Origin: Alphaproteobacteria bacterium
GTDB taxonomy: Bacteria > Pseudomonadota > Alphaproteobacteria > M2410
Direction: 5' to 3'
DNA: 58,046 nucleotides
Assembly (NCBI GenBank): GCA_006226305.1
Contig: SBHG01000117.1
Coordinates: forward strand, 1-58,046
Numbering within the stretch: the stretch's first letter is position 1; each line of letters starts with the position of its first letter. A program made the position numbers and the translations under genes. Under the pieces are notes generated by a model. It searched no databases and had not been told where the DNA came from. It saw only the letters and a program-made list of their open reading frames with translations. Below, in pieces: positions 29,384 to 37,082 of this stretch.

Positions 29384-30993
29384 AACAAGAAGACGAATTC
29401 GACCTGCCCGAACATCACGCGCCAGAGGAGCTGGCCTATGATACTGATTTTACCACGGGGCAGGACAACATTCAGTTTTGGGGGCTAGACCTGCACAACC
29501 CGGTTTTTTTTGTTGGCGCTTTGTTGATTGCCGGTTTTGTCGTGAGTTCGCTGGCCTTTCCGGATGCGGCGCGAGAGTTGTTTCAGGCGGCGAAAACCGG
29601 GGCTCTCAACAATTTTGATTGGCTCTTTGTTATCACTACAAACATCGTTTTTCTTTTTTGTATCGGGATCGGGTTTTCGAGGTTTGGCCGTATTCGGATC
29701 GGCGGCGCGGAAGCAGAACCGGAGTTTAGTACGATTTCGTGGATCTCCATGCTGTTTTCGGCCGGTGTAGGAATTGGCATGGTGTTTTACGGCGCAGCTG
29801 AACCGATGGCCTATTACACGGGCTGGTCGGGAACACCGCTCAATGCGGAACCTCTCACCCCTGAAGCAAGACAGCTTGCCTTTAGCGCGACCATATTCCA
29901 TTGGGGGATTACGCCTTGGGCAATTTATGCCGTGATTGGTCTGGCGCTCGCCTATTTCACTTTTAACCGTGGTCTGCCCTTGACCATCCGGTCGATTTTC
30001 TACCCCTTGTTTGGTGAGCGCATCTGGGGATGGCCGGGACATGTAATAGACCTGCTTGCCGTTGTCGCGACACTTTTTGGGCTGGCGACTTCTCTTGGCC
30101 TGGGGGCCAAGCAGGCGGCCAGCGGCTTGCACTTCCTTTTTGGTGCCGATCCTGGCCTCCAGACGCAAGTAGTTCTGATTATCGGAATTACTAGCCTGGC
30201 GATCTTTTCCGTTATCAGAGGACTCGACGGTGGTGTGAAACTCCTGAGCAATATTAATATTGTGCTGGCGATCATCGTTTTGATCTTTGTCGTTCTTGCC
30301 GGTCCGACACTACTCATTCTAAAGAGTTATGGCACAAATCTGCTTGCCTATTTTGAGGACGTAACGCGTCTGAGCAATTGGATGGGCCGGGAAGACAAAA
30401 GCTGGTTTCATGGGTGGACGATCTTTTATTGGGCCTGGTGGATTTCCTGGTCCCCATTTGTAGGCATGTTTATCGCACGGGTTTCAAAAGGGCGGACCAT
30501 TCGGGAGTTTCTTTTGGCCGTCTTGGTCCTACCAACCATTGTTGCGGTTGTTTGGTTTTCATCTTTTGGTACAACGGCAATTGATCAGGTGCAAAATGGG
30601 GTGGGCGCTCTGCCGAGCGGCATCAAAGATGTCTCTCTTGTGCTGTTCCAAATGCTTGAGCAATTGCCACTGGCCCAAGTGTCCTCAATGGTGGCGATCC
30701 TTTTGCTCATTGTCTTTTTTGTGACATCATCAGATTCCGGGTCACTCGTGATTGATAGTATTACTGCTGGCGGTAAGCTCCATGCGCCCGTGCCGCAGCG
30801 TATTTTTTGGGCGACTATGGAGGGAATGGTCGCGATTGTTCTGCTCGTGGGCGGTGGCGCAACGGCACTTTCCTCGCTTCAAGCCGGGGCCATCGCAGTC
30901 GGGCTGCCTTTCTCATTGGTCCTGATCGCAAGTTGTATTAGTTTGCTCCGTGGTTTAATGACAGAACCGAGTGTCAAAAGGCCAAAAGACTGA
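29380..30993 (+). CDS. BCCT-family (betaine/carnitine/choline) transporter
   Basis: 537-aa ORF with 12 TM segments and the BCCT signature WTIFYWAWWISWSPFVGMFIARVSKGRTIREF. It shares an ATGA overlap with the sulfotransferase stop. Confidence 0.92.
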   Translation: MKQEDEFDLPEHHAPEELAYDTDFTTGQDNIQFWGLDLHNPVFFVGALLIAGFVVSSLAFPDAARELFQAAKTGALNNFDWLFVITTNIVFLFCIGIGFSRFGRIRIGGAEAEPEFSTISWISMLFSAGVGIGMVFYGAAEPMAYYTGWSGTPLNAEPLTPEARQLAFSATIFHWGITPWAIYAVIGLALAYFTFNRGLPLTIRSIFYPLFGERIWGWPGHVIDLLAVVATLFGLATSLGLGAKQAASGLHFLFGADPGLQTQVVLIIGITSLAIFSVIRGLDGGVKLLSNINIVLAIIVLIFVVLAGPTLLILKSYGTNLLAYFEDVTRLSNWMGREDKSWFHGWTIFYWAWWISWSPFVGMFIARVSKGRTIREFLLAVLVLPTIVAVVWFSSFGTTAIDQVQNGVGALPSGIKDVSLVLFQMLEQLPLAQVSSMVAILLLIVFFVTSSDSGSLVIDSITAGGKLHAPVPQRIFWATMEGMVAIVLLVGGGATALSSLQAGAIAVGLPFSLVLIASCISLLRGLMTEPSVKRPKD

Positions 30994-31014
30994 AACCCTT
31001 GGAACAGGCCCGCC

Positions 31015-31497
31015 ATGGAAACTCACTCAGAGACCGCCCTGATTGCGCTCCGTCAGATCCTCAGGGCCACGGAAATGAACTCCCGGGCCCTGGCAAAGGC
31101 GGCAAATCTATCGCCATCTCAATTGATCTTGCTTCAGGTTCTATCCAGAAGTGATGGCATGACCCCTGGAGCGATCGCCAAACGCTTGTCGATCAGTCAA
31201 GCCACTGTCACAGCCATGATCGACAAACTCTCTGGTCGGGGCCTCGTCGAGCGTCAGCGCGACAACGCTGACAAACGTCGGGTGATCATCCGAATTACAG
31301 GCGACGGCGAAGCCACCATGGCGACGGCACCAGATCAATTGCAGGAACATTTCGTTAAGCGATTTGAGGCCTTGCCGGAGTGGGAGCGGTCATTCTTGAT
31401 TGCCGCGCTCCAGCGCACGGCTTCATTGCTCGACGCAGAAGAAATCGATGCCGCGCCAGTCCTCGATATCGGCGGCATTACCTCTCCGACAACATGA
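31015..31497 (+). CDS. MarR-family transcriptional regulator
   Basis: 160-aa ORF with a wHTH region (LSPSQLILLQVLSRSDGMTPGAIAKRLSISQATVTAMIDKLSGRGLVERQRDNADKRRV). Confidence 0.88.
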   Translation: METHSETALIALRQILRATEMNSRALAKAANLSPSQLILLQVLSRSDGMTPGAIAKRLSISQATVTAMIDKLSGRGLVERQRDNADKRRVIIRITGDGEATMATAPDQLQEHFVKRFEALPEWERSFLIAALQRTASLLDAEEIDAAPVLDIGGITSPTT

Positions 31498-31697
31498 GTG
31501 TCACGCCCCCTCCCCAAAAAAATCTGTCATTTCTGTCAAAACTGTCCGGGTATGGCTTTGGTAACAGAATGGTAACAGCCCGACCGCCAGATGCCCTTCG
31601 GAATACGTCGCATTACATCGCAATTCGACCCTCGGAAGCCCTTCTAGATCCGCGGAAATCCAATCTTTTCCGAGGTTTTCCGCCCGAGTGATCCATA

Positions 31698-31743
31698 ACT
31701 ACGAATCAAGGGGTCGGGAGTTCGAATCTTCCCCGGTGCGCCA
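31698..31743 (+). repeat. Direct repeat: third perfect 46-nt copy of the tRNA-Arg 3' part
   Basis: It is identical to 15947-15992 and 24175-24220. It also shares two extra upstream nt (TA) with the second copy only. Confidence 0.95.
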
Positions 31744-31763
31744 TCGTTTTTCCAAATGACAAG

Positions 31764-31952
31764 AATGGCTACAATGAGCGCTTCAACGGCACTCTACGCA
31801 GAGAGGTCCACTATGCCGAGTGGTTCAGCGCCCTCAAGCAGGCCGACATCGTCATCCAGAAATGGCTCAAACAGTACAATTACGTCCGGCCTCACCAGGC
31901 TCTGGGCATGCGCGCACCGGTCCCTGAGACTCTAGCAAAAACTGGTACATAG
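31764..31952 (+). pseudogene. Remnant of a DDE (rve-type, IS3/IS481-like) transposase C-terminus
   Basis: My own translation gives NGYNERFNGTLRREVHYAEWFSALKQADIVIQKWLKQYNYVRPHQALGMRAPVPETLAKTGT*. This is only the last ~60 aa of a transposase, and it begins ~20 nt after the att-like repeat. Confidence 0.7.
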
Positions 31953-32247
31953 CCTGGAGACTTTACATTCGGTGACCATGGCGATCATGGCAGTGATGCT
32001 TGAGCCGCCGTGGGCGCCATCTCGGCGCGCCCTTGGAGGCTCTTCTTCGCCAGTAATACGTTCAAAGGTAAACCCCGTTTTTTCCTGAATATGAGGGGGT
32101 AAAACCCAAAAATTCGGATTTTGGGGAAATTATGGTCCCTAAAGTCAATTTCTACACCAAAATCCAAACGTTAAGACCCGTTTATTCCAATGTTTTCTAT
32201 CTTAAAACCCAAAAATTCTGTATAATGGTCCAGGAAGGAGAGTCTTA

Positions 32248-33720
32248 ATGCCCAAATTTTCCGTCGCCAATATGCCGGAAGTCTTTGTCTCCGATACAGC
32301 CATCTCAAAAGCGGTATCGGAAGCGGCGGCGCGTGGAGAACTCCGAAAGCTGGGGTCGCGTCTATACACACGAAATCTCGACGAAGACCCTGAAAAGCTC
32401 GTCAGACGGAACTGGTATCAACTTATAACCGCCTACTACCCCGATGCCCTAATAACTGACCGGACGTCTCTGGAAAACAAACCGGCGGCGGACGGATCGG
32501 TTTGCCTGATCTCCAAGAAAAAGCGGGATACCGAACTTCCCGGTATCATCTTCCGTCCGCGCAAAGGACCAGAGCCGCTTGAAAGCGACAAACCATTCAT
32601 CGGTGGCGCGCGGTTCGTTTCGACCGCGCGCGCCTATCTCGAAAACATGCGCGCCTCAAGAGCGCGTGGCGAGCGGCTTGCCCGCACCTTGCCGCGCGAG
32701 GAGATCGAAAAGCGCCTAGACTTCATGCTCCGCCAGCAAGGCGAAGAAGCGCTTAACCGGCTGCGTGATGAAGCACGGGCGATTGCGCAGCCTCTCGCGC
32801 TCCAGGCAGAATTTGAAGAGCTCGATAAACTTATTGGCGCCCTCCTCGGTACGCGAGATGCGGAAATCCAAAGTCCGGTTGCCCGGGCGCGTGTTGCCGG
32901 TGCTCCCTATGACCCGGATCGCCTTGTTCTGTTTGAGACGCTCTTTTCGGCTCTCAGGGAATACATGCCCAAAGACCGGCCTGATCCTGATCGCACCCGA
33001 GAAGCCCGTTCGACTCTTTCATTTTTCGAAGCCTATTTCTCGAATTTCATTGAAGGCACGGAATTCACGGTTGAAGAAGCCGAAGGTATCGTTTTCGAAG
33101 GCGTCATTCCGCAGGAACGGCCCGACGACGCTCATGATGTGCTCGGAACATTCCGCATTGTCTCCGATAGTGCCGAAATGAAAAAAGTGCCGCAAACTTT
33201 TGAAACCTTTCTCGAACTGTTGAGAGGAAGGCATGCGCTGTTCATGGCCGAACGCCCTGACAAAAACCCAGGTGTCTTCAAAACGCAATCAAATCGCGCG
33301 GGTAACACGATCTTTGTCGAACCCGATCTGGTAAATGGAACGCTCGCGAAGGGGTTCGAATTTCTTCAAGGATTGAGTGAACCGCTTCACCGCGCCATTT
33401 TCATGATGTTTGTCGTAAGTGAAGTCCACCCCTTTACGGACGGAAATGGCCGCGCCGCCCGTATCATGATGAACGCAGAGCTGATTGCAGAGGGGCAGGA
33501 GCGCATCATCATACCAACCGTCTTTCGGGTGGACTATCTTGGGGCGTTGAAGGCGCTTTCGCGAAACAGCAACCCCGCGCCGATCATTCGCATGCTTGAA
33601 TATGCTCAGCGCTATACCCACGAAATCGACTGGTCGGATCTGAAAACAGCCCAGGCCATGCTTACCGAGACAGGGGCATTTTCGGAAGATGAAAATGCGA
33701 AATTGCTAATGCCGACATAA
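32248..33720 (+). CDS. Fic-domain protein (class II-like, internal inhibitory motif) with a possible AbiEi-like N-terminal domain
   Basis: 490-aa ORF preceded by GGAAGGAGAG as RBS. The Fic motif is HPFTDGNGRAARIMMN. The upstream SNFIEG fits the [S/T]xxxE[G/N] inhibitory helix. The N-terminus AARGELRKLGSRLYTRN resembles the AbiEi_4-type motif. Confidence 0.88.
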   Translation: MPKFSVANMPEVFVSDTAISKAVSEAAARGELRKLGSRLYTRNLDEDPEKLVRRNWYQLITAYYPDALITDRTSLENKPAADGSVCLISKKKRDTELPGIIFRPRKGPEPLESDKPFIGGARFVSTARAYLENMRASRARGERLARTLPREEIEKRLDFMLRQQGEEALNRLRDEARAIAQPLALQAEFEELDKLIGALLGTRDAEIQSPVARARVAGAPYDPDRLVLFETLFSALREYMPKDRPDPDRTREARSTLSFFEAYFSNFIEGTEFTVEEAEGIVFEGVIPQERPDDAHDVLGTFRIVSDSAEMKKVPQTFETFLELLRGRHALFMAERPDKNPGVFKTQSNRAGNTIFVEPDLVNGTLAKGFEFLQGLSEPLHRAIFMMFVVSEVHPFTDGNGRAARIMMNAELIAEGQERIIIPTVFRVDYLGALKALSRNSNPAPIIRMLEYAQRYTHEIDWSDLKTAQAMLTETGAFSEDENAKLLMPT

Positions 33721-33930
33721 TAGGCTGAGAAGTTATTTTGATCTTACTCACCCCCGCGGTAAGACTGTTGATGTGCAAAGGGCCTTCAAGAGTCAGACAG
33801 GGCCTAAGACAAAAATGTAAGATCTCAACGCTACATCTAAATTAATGATGCTTTTCATAATTAGATCTGCATCAAAAATTTACGCGTGCCGTATCGAACG
33901 GAAAAGCCGCACAATATGCAGCATGGAAAT

Positions 33931-34029
33931 GCTCGGTGGTTCAGCGCGATCAAGCAGTACAATCACATCCGGCTTCACCAGGCCTTTGGCATGCGTCCGC
34001 CGATCCCTGGGACACTAGCAAAAATTGGA
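33931..34029 (+). pseudogene. Second, internally deleted remnant of the same transposase type
   Basis: ARWFSAIKQYNHIRLHQAFGMRPPIPGTLAKIG aligns with remnant 1 (AEWFSALKQ[..deleted..]YNYVRPHQALGMRAPVPETLAKTG). It has the same orientation and is roughly 80 percent identical at nt level by eye. Confidence 0.6.
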
Positions 34030-34130
34030 AAATTCCAACTTCAAATGGTCCAGGAATCGGGGGCCAGGTTACCTTTGTTGCGGCAACCGACTGTCTAACA
34101 GATGCAGAAAAAAGTGCGGCGGCGGGTGCC

Positions 34131-34490
34131 TTAATCGATCAATCCTACCGTACGCGGCAGCCACTCACTGAGCGCCGGGATGAAAGTTACGGCGAGCAGA
34201 ACAAGCAGCATAGCCATAAACATCAGCATGAGCGGTTTGACGATCTCGTAAACCTCAGTTTTCCCAACGGAGCAGGCGACAAAGAGAACGCTGCCGACTG
34301 GCGGTATGCATAACCCGGTGGAAAGATTGAGTACCAGCATGATACCGAAATGTAGCGGTGACATGCCAAGATGACTCGCGACTGGCAGGAGAATTGGTGT
34401 GCAGCAGATGCCGATAACGCTGAGGTTGGTCGCCCATGACGACAAAAAAAGGACCTGATTAACTGGGCCGGCGAAAACCGCGCCATGATT
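34131..34490 (-). pseudogene. 3' fragment of a TRAP transporter large permease (DctM-like)
   Basis: Only the last ~105-120 codons are present (CTPILLPVASHLGMSPLHFGIMLVLNLSTGLCIPPVGSVLFVACSV...IPALSEWLPR). The frame is closed by a TGA at 34493-34491. There is no N-terminal ~300 aa and no dctQ or dctP gene. Confidence 0.7.
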
Positions 34491-34569
34491 TCACAATTCA
34501 AACTATTTGCCACAGGCCAAACCGGTGCTTTGTTGCAGAAAAACTACGATGATCTCGATGTCGTGCGCC

Positions 34570-35487
34570 TCAAAAACGGGCCGCTTGGCGGTGACCACCA
34601 ACTTCCATCTGCAAAAAATCAATAACTTTGCGAACCTTTAAGGGAAGGTACTGCCGATTTGGATAGGTGAGCCAAGATGCGGTATCAAACTCAGTCGCGG
34701 TGCATTCGTGCTCGGGAAACAGATCGATCAAGCTGCCATCGTCAATCTCTCGACCACATAACCAGTCAGGTAGCATTGCCACACCAACCCCTCCAACTGC
34801 AGAGGCGGTCATCGTGCTCCCATGAAGCGTTGTAAGTTTGCCGGAAATCGGAACGACGATTACTCGCCCATCGTCACTTCGAAATTTCCATGCAGATGGG
34901 TATCCGGGGATTCGAAACACGATACAGTCCAGCTCGGCGAGAGTCTCAGGTCGTGATGGTCGACCATGTTGTTGAATGAAACCCGGACTGGCGCAAATAT
35001 GAAATCTCCTGGGATTGAGCCGAACGGACACAAAGTCGCCCTTTGGCTTCAAGCCGAACCGTATGGCGAGATCAATCTCCTCCTTTATGATGTCAATCTG
35101 GTGATCTGCCAATAGAAGCTCAATGGAAAGATCAGGATAGAGTTCCATCAGTCGAGGTAAAAGCGGCGCCAATACTCGAGGTCCAAATGAGGTGCAGGCT
35201 GCGATACGCATAGTTCCTCGAGGCGCATTGACCAGATCTTGGGCCTCAAGACTTGCGCTGTCAAAATCGTCTAGGAGCCCATGAATACGCTCAAAGGAAA
35301 CAGAGCCCGCTTCCGTCGGAGCAAGCTTGCGGGTCGTGCGCTGAAGCAGGCGAAACCCCAGCTCTGTCTCAAGGTTCGTAATTGATCGGGACACAGTCGA
35401 TGGATCAATATCCATCTGCCGCGCAACAGCTGCAAAACTGCCAAGCTTTACGGCATTAGCGAATATTCGCAGTGACCCCATATCCAT
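34570..35487 (-). CDS. LysR-family transcriptional regulator
   Basis: 305-aa ORF with an N-terminal HTH (LRIFANAVKLGSFAAVARQMDIDPSTVSRSITNLETELGFRLLQRTTRK) and a LysR substrate-binding domain. It is divergent from the cupin gene. Confidence 0.92.
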   Translation of the reverse strand: MDMGSLRIFANAVKLGSFAAVARQMDIDPSTVSRSITNLETELGFRLLQRTTRKLAPTEAGSVSFERIHGLLDDFDSASLEAQDLVNAPRGTMRIAACTSFGPRVLAPLLPRLMELYPDLSIELLLADHQIDIIKEEIDLAIRFGLKPKGDFVSVRLNPRRFHICASPGFIQQHGRPSRPETLAELDCIVFRIPGYPSAWKFRSDDGRVIVVPISGKLTTLHGSTMTASAVGGVGVAMLPDWLCGREIDDGSLIDLFPEHECTATEFDTASWLTYPNRQYLPLKVRKVIDFLQMEVGGHRQAARF

Positions 35488-35588
35488 TCGTGATCATTCT
35501 CCATGAGTGTAGTGATAAATTGTGCGTTTACCACACTAACAATCGGGCATAATGTCAAGCCGCAACATTTCTAGATGGGGAGTACTCA

Positions 35589-35939
35589 ATGTCACTTCAG
35601 TTCTTTAGCGGCTTTTTCAAGTCGCCGTCGGAAGTCCTTGATGATGTAAAATCCAATAAAACCTGGCCAACAACATTTGTCTCCGGGCCGTCCGAAGGAT
35701 TGCCGGTGCACTGGCATTCAGACGAAGTGCATGCCTATATAATGGAAGGCGAGACGGACTTCTTTGACGAAACCACCGGCAAAAGAACCCCGGTGACAGC
35801 TGGTGACAAAATAATCGTACCGGCAAGAACACTTCATGCTGAAGGTGTTGTTAAAGACCGTGTTGTTTATATTCTAGCACTACCGCAGCCGTTGGCGGCC
35901 GACAAGTTTCTTGCGATGCATGAACCTGATACGCTTTGA
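35589..35939 (+). CDS. Cupin-domain protein
   Basis: 116-aa ORF with cupin metal motifs (PVHWHSDEVHAYIMEGE ... PARTLHAEG). Confidence 0.7.
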   Translation: MSLQFFSGFFKSPSEVLDDVKSNKTWPTTFVSGPSEGLPVHWHSDEVHAYIMEGETDFFDETTGKRTPVTAGDKIIVPARTLHAEGVVKDRVVYILALPQPLAADKFLAMHEPDTL

Positions 35940-36098
35940 GATGGTTACGTCATTAGGCTGCCAAAGCAGAGAAAGCGGTCGACAAATTGGCTTCCAAGTT
36001 CCGCCTCAAGTGTTATCTATATCGGCCGTCAAGCGAAGAGCATATTCATCGCTTGCAACGAATTGATTGGGTCTTGAGGGAGGGCCGGTCCGCTATGC

Positions 36099-37019
36099 CT
36101 ATTTGGCCGGCCCGATTGCACCGCAAATGTCGCTCACCGTCGAACACAGAACATCCGCATTACCCGCAAGGGCCGACAAGATATCACGTACCGCCCACAT
36201 CCGGTAAGGCAGACCCGCGATATAGGGCGTCATCGTAAAGGCAAAGACACTCGCTCCGTAACGCGGCGCCTCGGTTACCATCATGTCGGTAGCCTCAAGA
36301 ATCTGGTCGCGCCATTCGTCTTCCTTCATATGTTTGGCAATGAGGAGATTGCGGTCATCCAGTTCATTGAGCATCGGGAAGGCGGTGATCTCCCCTTGTT
36401 TGGTGTTCATCGTCAGCGGAACTGTGTCCGTTTCCCAATCAAGGCAAATTTCAAAGCCCGCCTCACCGATAAGGTCAAGCGTATTGAAGCTTTGCTGACG
36501 GGCGGGGCTGAGCCAGACGCGTGGCTGCAAACCGGCGCGGTCAAAGGTCTCCCTTGTTCGCGCCACATAGGAGCGCTCTGTTTCAAGATCAAGCCCGCCC
36601 CAATGAAGGCTGTCGGTGTCATAGCCGTGCGCGGCGATTTCATGGCCTTCCGCTGTAATGTCGGCGATCAACGGCTGAACGCGCTCCAACAGACGCCCGT
36701 TAACAGCAAAAGTTACCTTGATGCCCGCGGCGGCATAGGCGTCCAGCAGCCGATAAACCCCAACCCGATTACCGTAGTCTCGGGTCGTATAGTGCCGAAG
36801 GTCCGGGTAGGGTGTTACCATGGCGCCGGGGTGCTTGAAGGGCTTCCCGCTCGGGTCCAACATGAAAAACTCCAGCGGAGTTACAATCGCAACTGCGAGT
36901 GACTCTCCGCCGCTCAGGCGCGAAGAGCCTCGTTCGCCGACCGGCCGCCACTGATAATGGTCCTGGTCCTGGCCGTGTTTGCGCAAGGGATAGTCTGTAT
37001 AGTCGTTTGGTAGGCTCAT
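36099..37019 (-). CDS. Polysaccharide deacetylase (CE4-like) family protein
   Basis: 306-aa ORF with a NodB-like core (VTFAVNGRLLERV...GHEIAAHGYD...WLSPARQQS). Confidence 0.75.
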   Translation of the reverse strand: MSLPNDYTDYPLRKHGQDQDHYQWRPVGERGSSRLSGGESLAVAIVTPLEFFMLDPSGKPFKHPGAMVTPYPDLRHYTTRDYGNRVGVYRLLDAYAAAGIKVTFAVNGRLLERVQPLIADITAEGHEIAAHGYDTDSLHWGGLDLETERSYVARTRETFDRAGLQPRVWLSPARQQSFNTLDLIGEAGFEICLDWETDTVPLTMNTKQGEITAFPMLNELDDRNLLIAKHMKEDEWRDQILEATDMMVTEAPRYGASVFAFTMTPYIAGLPYRMWAVRDILSALAGNADVLCSTVSDICGAIGPAK

Positions 37020-37082
37020 GAGGAAGTCCGCCCGTGGTCAAATCCTGTTCCGCGGCGGGTCAGGCCACGCCCAGGTAATGGC

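Larger units (their letters stand above)
24221..31743. mobile_element. Putative integrated island B (about 7.5 kb, no integrase seen)
   Basis: It is bounded by the second and third copies of the 46-nt tRNA-Arg 3' repeat. Confidence 0.5.

Noticed and set aside
29485-30168. 227-aa minus-strand ORF inside the BCCT transporter gene
   Set aside because: It is an antisense shadow ORF. The BCCT signature motifs lie on the plus strand.
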